This document shows positions 10,121 through 18,736 of a DNA stretch of 64,000 nt, piece by piece; the first letter of the stretch is position 1; each line of letters starts with the position of its first letter. Below the pieces are notes generated by a model. The model did no database searches. It was not told the DNA's origin and worked only from the letters and a program-made list of their open reading frames with translations. The stretch spans positions 115,129-179,128 of the forward strand of contig JANLFL010000002.1 in the NCBI GenBank assembly GCA_024655965.1. Direction: 5' to 3'. Both the position numbers and the translations under genes were made by a program. Source of the DNA: Caldisericota bacterium. Lineage in GTDB: Bacteria > Caldisericota > JANLFM01.

Positions 10121-11298
10121 ACCATTTTTCGGTTTTCTTCAAAATTCCCGGTCCCCAACCCCTCGAGGGAGAAGGAAGCCTGAAAGTAGAGACCAGCGGA
10201 ATTCAGGTCCTTTCCTCCATGGGGAGCCCGATTTTCCTGCCCTTTTTCCAGATTGACGGATTGGAAATTGGCGATTATTCCTTCACTTTAAGTTTCGGGG
10301 AGGGAAAGAAACTGGAAATCTCGCGCCTGGGGACAAAAATGGAGGAGGCGGTGGGCTTGATCGAGAAAAATTTTTTCCTGGCCTGCTTCAATTCCCTCTT
10401 CCTTTCGGAAGCTGATTTGCTGGGAATTTTCCCCGCGGAAATAGCCTTCGGGGGTTTTTCCAAAATGGGAAAATTGGCAGTCTTTCCCAGGTTAATTCTC
10501 CTTTTCCCGGGAATGGAAAGAACCATGGTCCTCCCCATTGGCCTGCTCGAAGGTATTATTTTCAATCCGGAGGACTATTCACTGCTCCTTAAAACCACTC
10601 AGGGGGATATCCGGCTGAAAAAGATGGGGCAAAAAAAGGAGGAGATGGAAAACTCCCTCAGAAAAGCCTATGAGGGATGCAGTTTCTTTCTCTCTGACCT
10701 GCTGGCGAAATACCTCCCGGATATCGATCCCCTCGCCGGGCAGGGATTAACCGCCACCCTTCAAAAGGATGGGGCGATCCGAAGGAGCCTTTTTGAAGAG
10801 GTAAAGCACTGGGAAAGGATGCTCTCCTTAATTCCGGAAGAAAAAAGGGACTACGCCCGGACCCTTCTGGAGCTTTCTAACCCGGAAAACACCTTCTTCG
10901 GCCTCTCCTATCCCCCTCCTTTCCAGAGGGACCTCCCCTACCTCTCCTGGGTCTCGGTGCGCCGGGGGGACCTCCTGGGGTTCGAGGTGACCACAATGGA
11001 GGATTTCGCCACCTATTTCTTCAGGATTCCCGGGGCGACTGAAGGAGAAAAGGAGAACTGGGTAAAATCCGTTCACCTTTTCTGGCCCCTGGTGGGCTTC
11101 AGGAGAGAGGTCCTTTACAAAGAAGAAGCGGAACTGAAGGACGAGGAACTCCATTCCATCCTTCTCCTTTCCAGGATATTGCCCATTTTTACCCAAATGA
11201 GGGAAAATTTGGTCAAGAGAGTCGTTCACTCCGATCTTGGAGAATGGGAAAAGCAAGTAAAGGAAGTTTTCAAGGGAAATGAACCAGGGAAGTCTTAA
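10117..11298 (+). CDS. Hypothetical protein, possibly with PH-like beta domains
   Basis: 393 aa ORF with host-like codon usage, overlapping both neighbours; no recognised motif. Confidence 0.6.
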   Translation: MNHFSVFFKIPGPQPLEGEGSLKVETSGIQVLSSMGSPIFLPFFQIDGLEIGDYSFTLSFGEGKKLEISRLGTKMEEAVGLIEKNFFLACFNSLFLSEADLLGIFPAEIAFGGFSKMGKLAVFPRLILLFPGMERTMVLPIGLLEGIIFNPEDYSLLLKTTQGDIRLKKMGQKKEEMENSLRKAYEGCSFFLSDLLAKYLPDIDPLAGQGLTATLQKDGAIRRSLFEEVKHWERMLSLIPEEKRDYARTLLELSNPENTFFGLSYPPPFQRDLPYLSWVSVRRGDLLGFEVTTMEDFATYFFRIPGATEGEKENWVKSVHLFWPLVGFRREVLYKEEAELKDEELHSILLLSRILPIFTQMRENLVKRVVHSDLGEWEKQVKEVFKGNEPGKS

Positions 11299-11818
11299 AG
11301 AGAAGAAAGAACTTTTCGAAAAACAGGCTTTTCCCTTGATGCCCATGCTCTACCGCACTGCCCTCCGCTTGACCAGGAACCAGGCTGACGCGGAAGACCT
11401 CGTCCAGAACACCTTTCTGCGGGCGTTCAATTTTTATGACAAATTCACCCAGGGGACCTCTTTCAAAGCCTGGATCTTCAAGGTGATGACCAACATCTTC
11501 ATTAACGAGTACCGAAAACAATCGAAGGATCCCCAAAAGGTACCCCTGGAGGATTATCTCATGGGCACCCCTGATCCCGAACACCTTTTCTTTGAAAACC
11601 TGGTTGACGAGGACATTAAGAGGGCTATTGAGGAACTGCCCGACCAGTACCGATTAACTTTTCTCCTTTACACGGAGGGTTTCTCATACAAGGAAATCGC
11701 CTCAATTACCGAGGCCAACCTGGGAACGGTGATGTCCCGGCTTCACCGGGCCAGGCGTTTATTGCAGGAAAAACTTTACAACCTTAAAAAAAGGGAGGTC
11801 CAAGTCAGTGAGCTGTGA
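11279..11818 (+). CDS. ECF sigma factor (SigR/SigH-like)
   Basis: LYRTALRLTRN.ADAEDLVQ.T.LRA, FKAW.FK..TN.FIN.YRK, FSYKEIA...GTVMSRLHRARR. Confidence 0.9.
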   Translation: MNQGSLKEKKELFEKQAFPLMPMLYRTALRLTRNQADAEDLVQNTFLRAFNFYDKFTQGTSFKAWIFKVMTNIFINEYRKQSKDPQKVPLEDYLMGTPDPEHLFFENLVDEDIKRAIEELPDQYRLTFLLYTEGFSYKEIASITEANLGTVMSRLHRARRLLQEKLYNLKKREVQVSEL

Positions 11819-12032
11819 AAACATGATCGAGAAACTTTACCTTTTCATCGACGGTGAACTATCCCCGGAAGAGGAATGCGAGATCGAAGCTCATCTGGAA
11901 GAATGCTTGACCTGTCTGCGAATATACGGCCTGGAGCTTCAGTTCAAAAGAATGGTTATCCAGAAATTAAGGTGCGAGGAAACCCCCACCCACTTGATCG
12001 AGCGAATTCGCATCGCCCTCGATTCCTTTTAA
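11808..12032 (+). CDS. Zinc-binding anti-sigma factor (zf-HC2/ZAS, RsrA/RshA-like), soluble
   Basis: C...L..FIDGEL...HLEECLTC (HxxxCxxC); no TM helix; overlaps the sigma factor stop. Confidence 0.9.
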   Translation: MSCENMIEKLYLFIDGELSPEEECEIEAHLEECLTCLRIYGLELQFKRMVIQKLRCEETPTHLIERIRIALDSF

Positions 12033-13363
12033 AGGGAAAGTCGGTCCTTAATTAAAGAAGATAGGCTGTAAGCGACCTCCTCAGCCTCCCCTTCCTTCAA
12101 AGATTCCACCATCACCCGAATGATCGGTTCGGTGCCCGATGGCCGGACAACCACCCTCCCTCTACCCTCCAGATCCTTCTGAAATTTTTCCAGCGCTCTT
12201 TGAATTTCCACGTCCTGGGAGAACTTCCCCTTGTCCTTAACTTTTACGTTTAGAAGAACCTGGGGGACCGGCTGGTATTCGTGTCCAAGTTCCGAAAGGT
12301 CCTTTCCGGTTTCTTGAATCAATTGCAAAAGCAACAAGCCGGTAAGCATTCCGTCCCCGGCCCAGGAGATCTCCCCGAATATAATGTGTCCCGATTGCTC
12401 ACCCCCGAGGACAGCACCTTCCTCGATCATCTTCTCCAGGACATACCTGTCCCCCACTTTGGTTCGGATCAGTCTCCCCCCATTTTCCTGAATCGCCTTT
12501 TCCAGGGCGAAGTTGCTCATTACAGTGGTGACCACCGTCCTTTTGGGGAGAGTGCCCTCTTTTAAGCGGTGAAGCCCGAAAATGCACAGGACCACATCCC
12601 CATCAACCACTCTCCCGTTTCGATCAACCGCGATAAGCCGGTCGCCGTCGCCGTCGAAGGCGAAGCCCAGGTCAGCCTTTCTTTTTAGGACTTCTCCGCG
12701 CAGGAAATCGATGTTGGTGGAGCCACACCCCACATTAATCTGGCTCCCGTCAGGGGAGGAATTCAAGGGAAAAACCTCCAGTCCCGCCTCCTTGAAAATC
12801 TGGGGGGCAAAAAGGGAGGTTGAACCCCAGGCGCAGTCCAAAACTAATTTCAGGGGTTTAATCGACCGGGGAGAAAATCTCCTCAAGAATGAAAGATACC
12901 TTTCCCGGCTATCGGGAAGCACGAGGGGACGCTCGGGAAAATCTGGGCCTTTAAAGGAGAGCCCTTCGAGGATCTCCTCAATCCGAGCCTCCTCAGCATC
13001 AGAAAGCTTCATGGAATTTTCCCCGAAAATCTTGATCCCGTTGTCCTGAATGGGATTGTGGGAGGCGGAAATCATTACCCCAGCCTGAGCGCCGTAATCT
13101 TTGACCAGCACCGAGAGTGCGGGAGTGGTTACAATACCCAGCAGGCCAACCTTCACCCCCGCGGATAGGGCACCGGAAGCCAAAGCGGCTTCAAGCATGT
13201 CCGAGGAAATCCGGGGGTCCTTGCCAATTATGATCAGGGGCTGGGAATACTTTTCTTTAAGGTAAAAACCAAGGGCCCGACCGATTTTCAAAGCCAGGTC
13301 GGCAGTCAATTCGATGTTCGCCGCTCCCCTGACCCCGTCGGTGCCAAAAATTTTTCTGTTCAT
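12029..13363 (-). CDS. glmM: Phosphoglucosamine mutase
   Basis: FGTDGVRG, ISASHNP, DGDGDR, GGEQSGH and RPSGTEP motifs. Confidence 0.96.
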   Translation of the reverse strand: MNRKIFGTDGVRGAANIELTADLALKIGRALGFYLKEKYSQPLIIIGKDPRISSDMLEAALASGALSAGVKVGLLGIVTTPALSVLVKDYGAQAGVMISASHNPIQDNGIKIFGENSMKLSDAEEARIEEILEGLSFKGPDFPERPLVLPDSRERYLSFLRRFSPRSIKPLKLVLDCAWGSTSLFAPQIFKEAGLEVFPLNSSPDGSQINVGCGSTNIDFLRGEVLKRKADLGFAFDGDGDRLIAVDRNGRVVDGDVVLCIFGLHRLKEGTLPKRTVVTTVMSNFALEKAIQENGGRLIRTKVGDRYVLEKMIEEGAVLGGEQSGHIIFGEISWAGDGMLTGLLLLQLIQETGKDLSELGHEYQPVPQVLLNVKVKDKGKFSQDVEIQRALEKFQKDLEGRGRVVVRPSGTEPIIRVMVESLKEGEAEEVAYSLSSLIKDRLSL

Positions 13364-14547
13364 GGAGAAACCTCTACCTCAACACCGGAGGGATCCACTT
13401 TCAAAATGACCACGCCCGGGGGAGACTCCACTTTGACCGGGAGGTTGTAGGTCCCCGGAGAAAGGCCGGAGGCATCAACCCAGGCGGAAAAATCCCTTTC
13501 CCTCAAAGTCTCGACGAGGGATTTGGGACCGGAGACGAAGACCGAGACCTGTTCGGTCTTCAGGGTAACGGAAGCCCCGTCCCTCTTTACCTGGATGGAA
13601 ACCTCAAAGGCGGCCCTCCCCTCCTCTTCAATTTCCACCTTCACGGTCACAAGAGGCTCGGAGATTATCCGGGCGCTTGTGGAGGAGGAATCGATGTAGG
13701 TCCGCTCCTGGAAACTCTCGGTTTTATAGGAAAGGGAGATGGGATAAGTGTAAAGGGCGGAGATGCCCTCGAGGACGTCCGCGCTTCCCTCCAGAGTGGC
13801 GACCTGAGGCTCGCAGAAAACACTTCTTACCACCAGACCCTCGGGAAGCGAGCCATCCAGAAGGGGGATGATGGGAACCGTCTTGGAAAGCGTTTGAGCG
13901 TTAATTGCGATGGTCACATCCACATTCTGGGGATTAAGCTCCACCCCGGAAACCTCCTGCCCTTTGTCGTCAACCACCCGGAGAGGGACGGTCTGGGAGA
14001 TCTGGGCGGTAATCCCCGTGAGGGTTACGGGAGCAATAACCCTCTGGGCTTTTTCCAGAAAACTCCCCGGCCCTTTGAGTTCTACCTGTTCAGGCTTAAT
14101 CTCCTCCACGGGACCAAGGGTAAAGCCTTGAGGGAGTTTTCCCAGAAACATTATCTCCACGGGCATGGTTTTGGTGGTGATGCTTTCCAGGGTGACCAAG
14201 ACCTTTTCCGGGTTCATCTCCACCAGATTTGCCCCGGGTATGGATTTCATTTGCACGGGGACCAGCCACTGACCATCTGTTTTGCCTTGAAGATCAACGA
14301 AGGCCTCCAGGTCCTCGCTCCTGATTTCCATCCGGACTGGACCCCGAACCCTGACGGTGACATTCCCCGGGCCCTGGGTGAGGGCAAGGTCATTGGGAAC
14401 ATTCCTGGCCTTTATAGCGATGGTGAAAACCCTCTCCATCTGGGGGGCCTCCGCAGAGACCACATAGACCCAGAGAAGGAGAGCCAGGAAAAATGATAGA
14501 AGGATAAGTTGCCAGTTTGCTTTAAAGGCGTCAGATAGCTTTTTCAA
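13360..14547 (-). CDS. cdaR: CdaR/YbbR-domain regulator of diadenylate cyclase
   Basis: N-terminal TM helix then repeated YbbR beta domains (V.V.GP); sits between cdaA and glmM. Confidence 0.88.
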   Translation of the reverse strand: MKKLSDAFKANWQLILLSFFLALLLWVYVVSAEAPQMERVFTIAIKARNVPNDLALTQGPGNVTVRVRGPVRMEIRSEDLEAFVDLQGKTDGQWLVPVQMKSIPGANLVEMNPEKVLVTLESITTKTMPVEIMFLGKLPQGFTLGPVEEIKPEQVELKGPGSFLEKAQRVIAPVTLTGITAQISQTVPLRVVDDKGQEVSGVELNPQNVDVTIAINAQTLSKTVPIIPLLDGSLPEGLVVRSVFCEPQVATLEGSADVLEGISALYTYPISLSYKTESFQERTYIDSSSTSARIISEPLVTVKVEIEEEGRAAFEVSIQVKRDGASVTLKTEQVSVFVSGPKSLVETLRERDFSAWVDASGLSPGTYNLPVKVESPPGVVILKVDPSGVEVEVSP

Positions 14548-15361
14548 CCTTTTCCCTCCTCGGGGGGACCAAAAGCGAGGTCAATCTGGTCCTTAAATCC
14601 ACCGTCCTGAGGTCCGTTTCCAGGGCACCTTTAAAGGCTAAGGAAATTGTCCCTGTCTGTTCAGAGACGACCACCGCGATGGCGTCGGTTTCTTTGGTGA
14701 CTTCAACGGCCGCAAGGTGCCGGGTTCCGAACTTCCTCAACCCGATGACATCGGGAAGGGGAATGACCACCCGGGCAGCAAGAATCCTGTTTCCGGAAAT
14801 CACCACTGCCCCATCATGAAGGGGAGAATTGGGGTAAAAAATGGAGTTCAGGACCTCGGCGGAGACCAGGGAGTCCATTTTTACTCCCCTTTCAACCAGC
14901 TCCTGAAGGCCGGATTCCCTCTGGATGATTATCAAAGCTCCGATCTTCTTTTCCGCCATCTGGATCACGGCCTGGAAAATCTCGCTCAGGGTCTCCTCAT
15001 ATCCGGAGGGGTGGGCAAGGATGCTCCTGCTCCCCAGCCTGGCGAAAAAATGCCGGAGTTCTGGCTGAAAGATGATCGCCAAAACCAAAGGCAAGGTGGC
15101 GATGATCATCGTGACCACGGTGCGCAGGACCCACTCCAGGGTGATCAACCCCACCCATCCGGCAATCACGGAGATAATGAGCATGAAGGCCAGGGCGATT
15201 GCCAAACCCATGAAAAGCTGAAAAGCTCTTGTCCGCTTGAGGAAATAAAAAACAAAAAAGAGAAGGACGGAAATTATCACCACATCCAGAATGTTCAGGG
15301 CGAGGGAGGGAACCTTGATCTTTGCCCAGAATTCCTGAAGCCATTCGTAGAAGGAGGTCAT
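14531..15361 (-). CDS. cdaA: Diadenylate cyclase CdaA (DacA)
   Basis: N-terminal TM helices, IFQPELR, IGALI, PLHDGA, GTRHLAA (RHR variant); cdaA-cdaR-glmM synteny. Confidence 0.92.
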   Translation of the reverse strand: MTSFYEWLQEFWAKIKVPSLALNILDVVIISVLLFFVFYFLKRTRAFQLFMGLAIALAFMLIISVIAGWVGLITLEWVLRTVVTMIIATLPLVLAIIFQPELRHFFARLGSRSILAHPSGYEETLSEIFQAVIQMAEKKIGALIIIQRESGLQELVERGVKMDSLVSAEVLNSIFYPNSPLHDGAVVISGNRILAARVVIPLPDVIGLRKFGTRHLAAVEVTKETDAIAVVVSEQTGTISLAFKGALETDLRTVDLRTRLTSLLVPPRREKVEKAI

Positions 15362-15379
15362 TTCCGCCCCTTAAATCCC

Positions 15380-16312
15380 TTAAAGCAACAGGGCGAGGAT
15401 CGCCTTCTGCACGTGAAGGCGGTTTTCCGCCTGGTCGAATATCACCGATTGAGGCCCGTCCATGACCTCGTCGGTGATCTCCAGTCCACGGTGAGCGGGA
15501 AGGCAGTGCATCACAATGGCGTCCTTTTTGGCGTGCTTCAAGAGGTCCGTGGAAAGCTGGTAAGGTTTGAAGACCTTGAGCCTTTCCTCCTTTTCCTTTT
15601 CCTGGCCCATGCTTACCCAGGTGTCGGTGTAGACCACGTCGGCATCCTGCACCGCCTTTCTGGGATCCTCGAAGATTTCCAGGGAACCACCGGAAATGGC
15701 CGCAAACTCGGAGGCCTTTTTCAGAACCTCATCAGGAGGCCTGTACTTTGAAGGGGTCCCCAGCCTCACATGGAGCCCAAGGAGGGTCCCTCCGAAAATG
15801 AGGGAATTGGCAACGTTGTTTCCATCTCCCACATAGGCAATGGTCAAGCCGGAAAGCTTCCCCTTATGTTCCAGTATGGTGTAAAAGTCGGTCAATCCCT
15901 GACAGGGATGGGTGAAGTCCGAGAGGCCATTGATCACCGGAGCCCTCGAGCCCTCAGCCAGGTCGACAACATCCTGGTGGGCAAAGACCCGGGCCATAAT
16001 GCCGTCAACATACCTTCCCAGAACACGGGCAGTATCGAGGATCGTTTCCCCGATCCTTAGTTGAAGGTCGTTTGCGGAAAGAAAGAGGGCATGTCCTCCC
16101 AGGTGAGCCATGGCCACCTCGAAGGAAACCCTGGTCCTGGTGGAGGTCTTCTGGAAGACCATGGCCAGGGTTTTCCCATCAAGGAGCTTGGGGAAGTGCC
16201 CCATTTTGGCCAGGGTTTTCAGTTCTGTAGTGGCTTCAAAGATTAACTCTATCTCCTGTCGGGAAAGGTCCCTCAGGGAAAGAAGGTCCCTCCCTTTTAG
16301 TTCGCTTCTCAT
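15380..16312 (-). CDS. argF: Ornithine carbamoyltransferase (ArgF/ArcB)
   Basis: STRTRVSF, HPCQ, DTWVSMG, HCLP and DQAENR motifs. Confidence 0.95.
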   Translation of the reverse strand: MRSELKGRDLLSLRDLSRQEIELIFEATTELKTLAKMGHFPKLLDGKTLAMVFQKTSTRTRVSFEVAMAHLGGHALFLSANDLQLRIGETILDTARVLGRYVDGIMARVFAHQDVVDLAEGSRAPVINGLSDFTHPCQGLTDFYTILEHKGKLSGLTIAYVGDGNNVANSLIFGGTLLGLHVRLGTPSKYRPPDEVLKKASEFAAISGGSLEIFEDPRKAVQDADVVYTDTWVSMGQEKEKEERLKVFKPYQLSTDLLKHAKKDAIVMHCLPAHRGLEITDEVMDGPQSVIFDQAENRLHVQKAILALLL

Positions 16313-16328
16313 TTAATCCCTCCAGTTT

Positions 16329-17645
16329 TTATAGAGGAAGCCTCTCCCGGATTATCTCCTCGAGATCAGGATGACCGACTTCCTCAAGCTCATAATAAAT
16401 CCGAACGGTCTCCTTGTTAATCTTTAAAAACCGGGTGAGGTTGATCGGGGTCCCGATGATCACCAGGTCGCAGTCGGAAGCGTTGATGGTCTCCTCCAGC
16501 TCCTTCATCTGTTTCTCCCCGTAACCCATGGCGGGAAGGACCTCCGTGAGATGAGGATATTTCCTGAAGGTCTCCTGAATTGAACCCCTGGCAAAAGGAC
16601 GAGGATCGACAATTTCCCTGGCTCCCGCCCTTTTTGCCGCGAGATATCCTGCTCCAAAACCCATCTCCCCATGGGTCACCGTAGGCCCATCCTCAATCAC
16701 CAGGACTCTTTTATCCTTAATTGCCTCCATGTTCTCAGCCTTGATTGTTGACCTTGCTTCGATAATAGTTGCGCTGGGATTCAAATTTTCCAGGGACTTG
16801 CGCACGGTCTCGATCTGCTCCCGGGAGGCTGTATCAACTTTATTTATGATTAAAACATCGGCCATGCGGCTGTTGGTCTGTCCAGGATGGTACAACCTTT
16901 CGTGTCCCGGCCTCAAGGGATCGGCGACCACAATTTTCAGGTCGGAGACATAGAAGGGAAAATCGTTGTTTCCCCCATCCCAGACAATTACTTCGGCTTC
17001 CATTTCCGCTTTTTTAAGGATCGCCCCGTAATCCACTCCGGAATAGACGATGGCCCCCCGCTCGATGTGGGGTTCGTACTCCTCCCGCTCTTCGATGGTG
17101 CACTTGTAGGTGACCAGATCATCAAGGGTGGCGAACCGCTGCACCGCCTGTTCTTCAAGGTTTCCATAAGGCATGGGGTGCCGGATAACCACCACCTTTT
17201 TCCCGAGTTTGCGCAGGATGGCCACTACCCGCCTGGTGGTCTGTGATTTTCCCGAACCGGTCCTCACAGCGCAAATGGAAACGACCGGGCGAATGCTCTT
17301 TAAAGCTGTGCTTCCGGGGCCGAGAAGGACAAAATCAGCCCCAGCAGCCATGACCTCCGCCGCCTTTCCCATCACGTACTCGTTGGAAACATCGGAATAG
17401 GCGAAGACCACCTCGTTAACTTTGAGGCTCCGGATGAGATGGGTGAGTTCCTGTTCGCTGTAGATTGGAATTCCCTTTGGATAGAGTTTTCCTGCCAGGG
17501 CAGGAGGGTAAATCCGCCCCTCAATATCAGGAATCTGGGTGGCGGTGAAAGCCACCACTTCATAGTTTGGATTGTCCCGGAAGAAAACGTTGAAGTTGTG
17601 AAAGTCCCTTCCGGCTGCTCCCATGATCAAAACTTTTCTCTTCAT
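16329..17645 (-). CDS. CpgS-like P-loop protein (COG2403), probable arginine synthetase ArcE
   Basis: IMGAAGRDFHNFN, AVRTGSGKSQT (P-loop), RHPMPYG, EEREEYEPH, WDGGNND, EDGPT.THG and PAMGY; adjacent to the OTC gene. Confidence 0.75.
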   Translation of the reverse strand: MKRKVLIMGAAGRDFHNFNVFFRDNPNYEVVAFTATQIPDIEGRIYPPALAGKLYPKGIPIYSEQELTHLIRSLKVNEVVFAYSDVSNEYVMGKAAEVMAAGADFVLLGPGSTALKSIRPVVSICAVRTGSGKSQTTRRVVAILRKLGKKVVVIRHPMPYGNLEEQAVQRFATLDDLVTYKCTIEEREEYEPHIERGAIVYSGVDYGAILKKAEMEAEVIVWDGGNNDFPFYVSDLKIVVADPLRPGHERLYHPGQTNSRMADVLIINKVDTASREQIETVRKSLENLNPSATIIEARSTIKAENMEAIKDKRVLVIEDGPTVTHGEMGFGAGYLAAKRAGAREIVDPRPFARGSIQETFRKYPHLTEVLPAMGYGEKQMKELEETINASDCDLVIIGTPINLTRFLKINKETVRIYYELEEVGHPDLEEIIRERLPL

Positions 17646-18733
17646 AAACCCTCCTTGAAGTAATCAGATGGCTGGAATTTTTTCTCCACGTAGGGGGAAA
17701 CGGACGCCCTTAAAACTGCCTGATAAGAAAGCGCGAAGCTGATTGTTTCTCCAACTACGGTTGGCACTTCCCTTTCGGTGACATCGAGGACAAGGTGGTC
17801 GGAGGAGGCACCCACGATCTTCACCCCAGACTCCAGGGGGACCATCCGGTCAAGGTCAACATCGATCCGGCCCAGGGAAAGGACCGCCCTTCTCCGGGGA
17901 CCTTCTGGGCCTGCAAGCCCTTCCTCCCCAAAAGCGTTCCTCCCGAGGGGGAAGTTTCCCTGGTTTTCCTTGGTCTCCACCTCGAGGACAGTGGCTCGAA
18001 GGATGCAGGTGTCTTGCCTTGTCCCGGGGACCAGGCGATTCCCGGAGGTATCCGTCCCGCAAACGATCCCCTCGCCAATGCGGAGCTGGTTGATTCCCTC
18101 AGGCATTTCCCCTCTTTCCAGAAGGCTCAGGCTCACGGTAGCACCGCCGGAGAATACCTCGAGGGTCCTTCCAATAGCCTGTTCCGCTTCTTTCCCGGCT
18201 TTCACCAAAAGGCCGGTATTCTCCCGGGTGGGCAGGACTCCGCTCAAGCAACCAAAATTGGTGGCCACCCCCAATAGTTCCAAGCCTTTCAATTTCTCCA
18301 CTTCCAGGGAAACCTCGGGGACCTTCTCGGGAAGAATCCCCTCCCGGAGGTCACCGCATTCCACCCCCAGGAGGACCTTGTGCTTCCTCCCCGAAGTCAG
18401 GGCCGCTCTTGAAAGAACTCTCATGGTCTCCAGAGAAGTATTGATGCTAATATCTGCTGTTTCCACAGTCAATTTGGCTTCGAGGGGCGAAGGGGGGCGA
18501 AGGAGCATCAGGGGGACGTTCAGCCCAGCCCTTTTCAGGTTGACCAGATTCACAAGCCGGGAATCAGCAATCCCCACAACCCCTCCTCGAACCATCGCCC
18601 AGGCAACTGGAGGGAAGCCGCATGAGACCTTGGTCACCCCGAAAACCTTGATTCCGAACTTGGAAGAAAAATTGACGATGTTCCGGGCGTTCTCCTCGAT
18701 CAGGTTCAGGCGGAAGATCAATTGGGGAAACAT
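17642..18733 (-). CDS. orr: Alanine-racemase-fold PLP enzyme, probable ornithine racemase (Orr/YhfX family)
   Basis: GVTKV PLP lysine, IADSRL.N, GDLREG, TNFGC..G..P, SGG, LRIGE and GASSDHL. Confidence 0.75.
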   Translation of the reverse strand: MFPQLIFRLNLIEENARNIVNFSSKFGIKVFGVTKVSCGFPPVAWAMVRGGVVGIADSRLVNLVNLKRAGLNVPLMLLRPPSPLEAKLTVETADISINTSLETMRVLSRAALTSGRKHKVLLGVECGDLREGILPEKVPEVSLEVEKLKGLELLGVATNFGCLSGVLPTRENTGLLVKAGKEAEQAIGRTLEVFSGGATVSLSLLERGEMPEGINQLRIGEGIVCGTDTSGNRLVPGTRQDTCILRATVLEVETKENQGNFPLGRNAFGEEGLAGPEGPRRRAVLSLGRIDVDLDRMVPLESGVKIVGASSDHLVLDVTEREVPTVVGETISFALSYQAVLRASVSPYVEKKFQPSDYFKEGL

Positions 18734-18736
18734 GGC

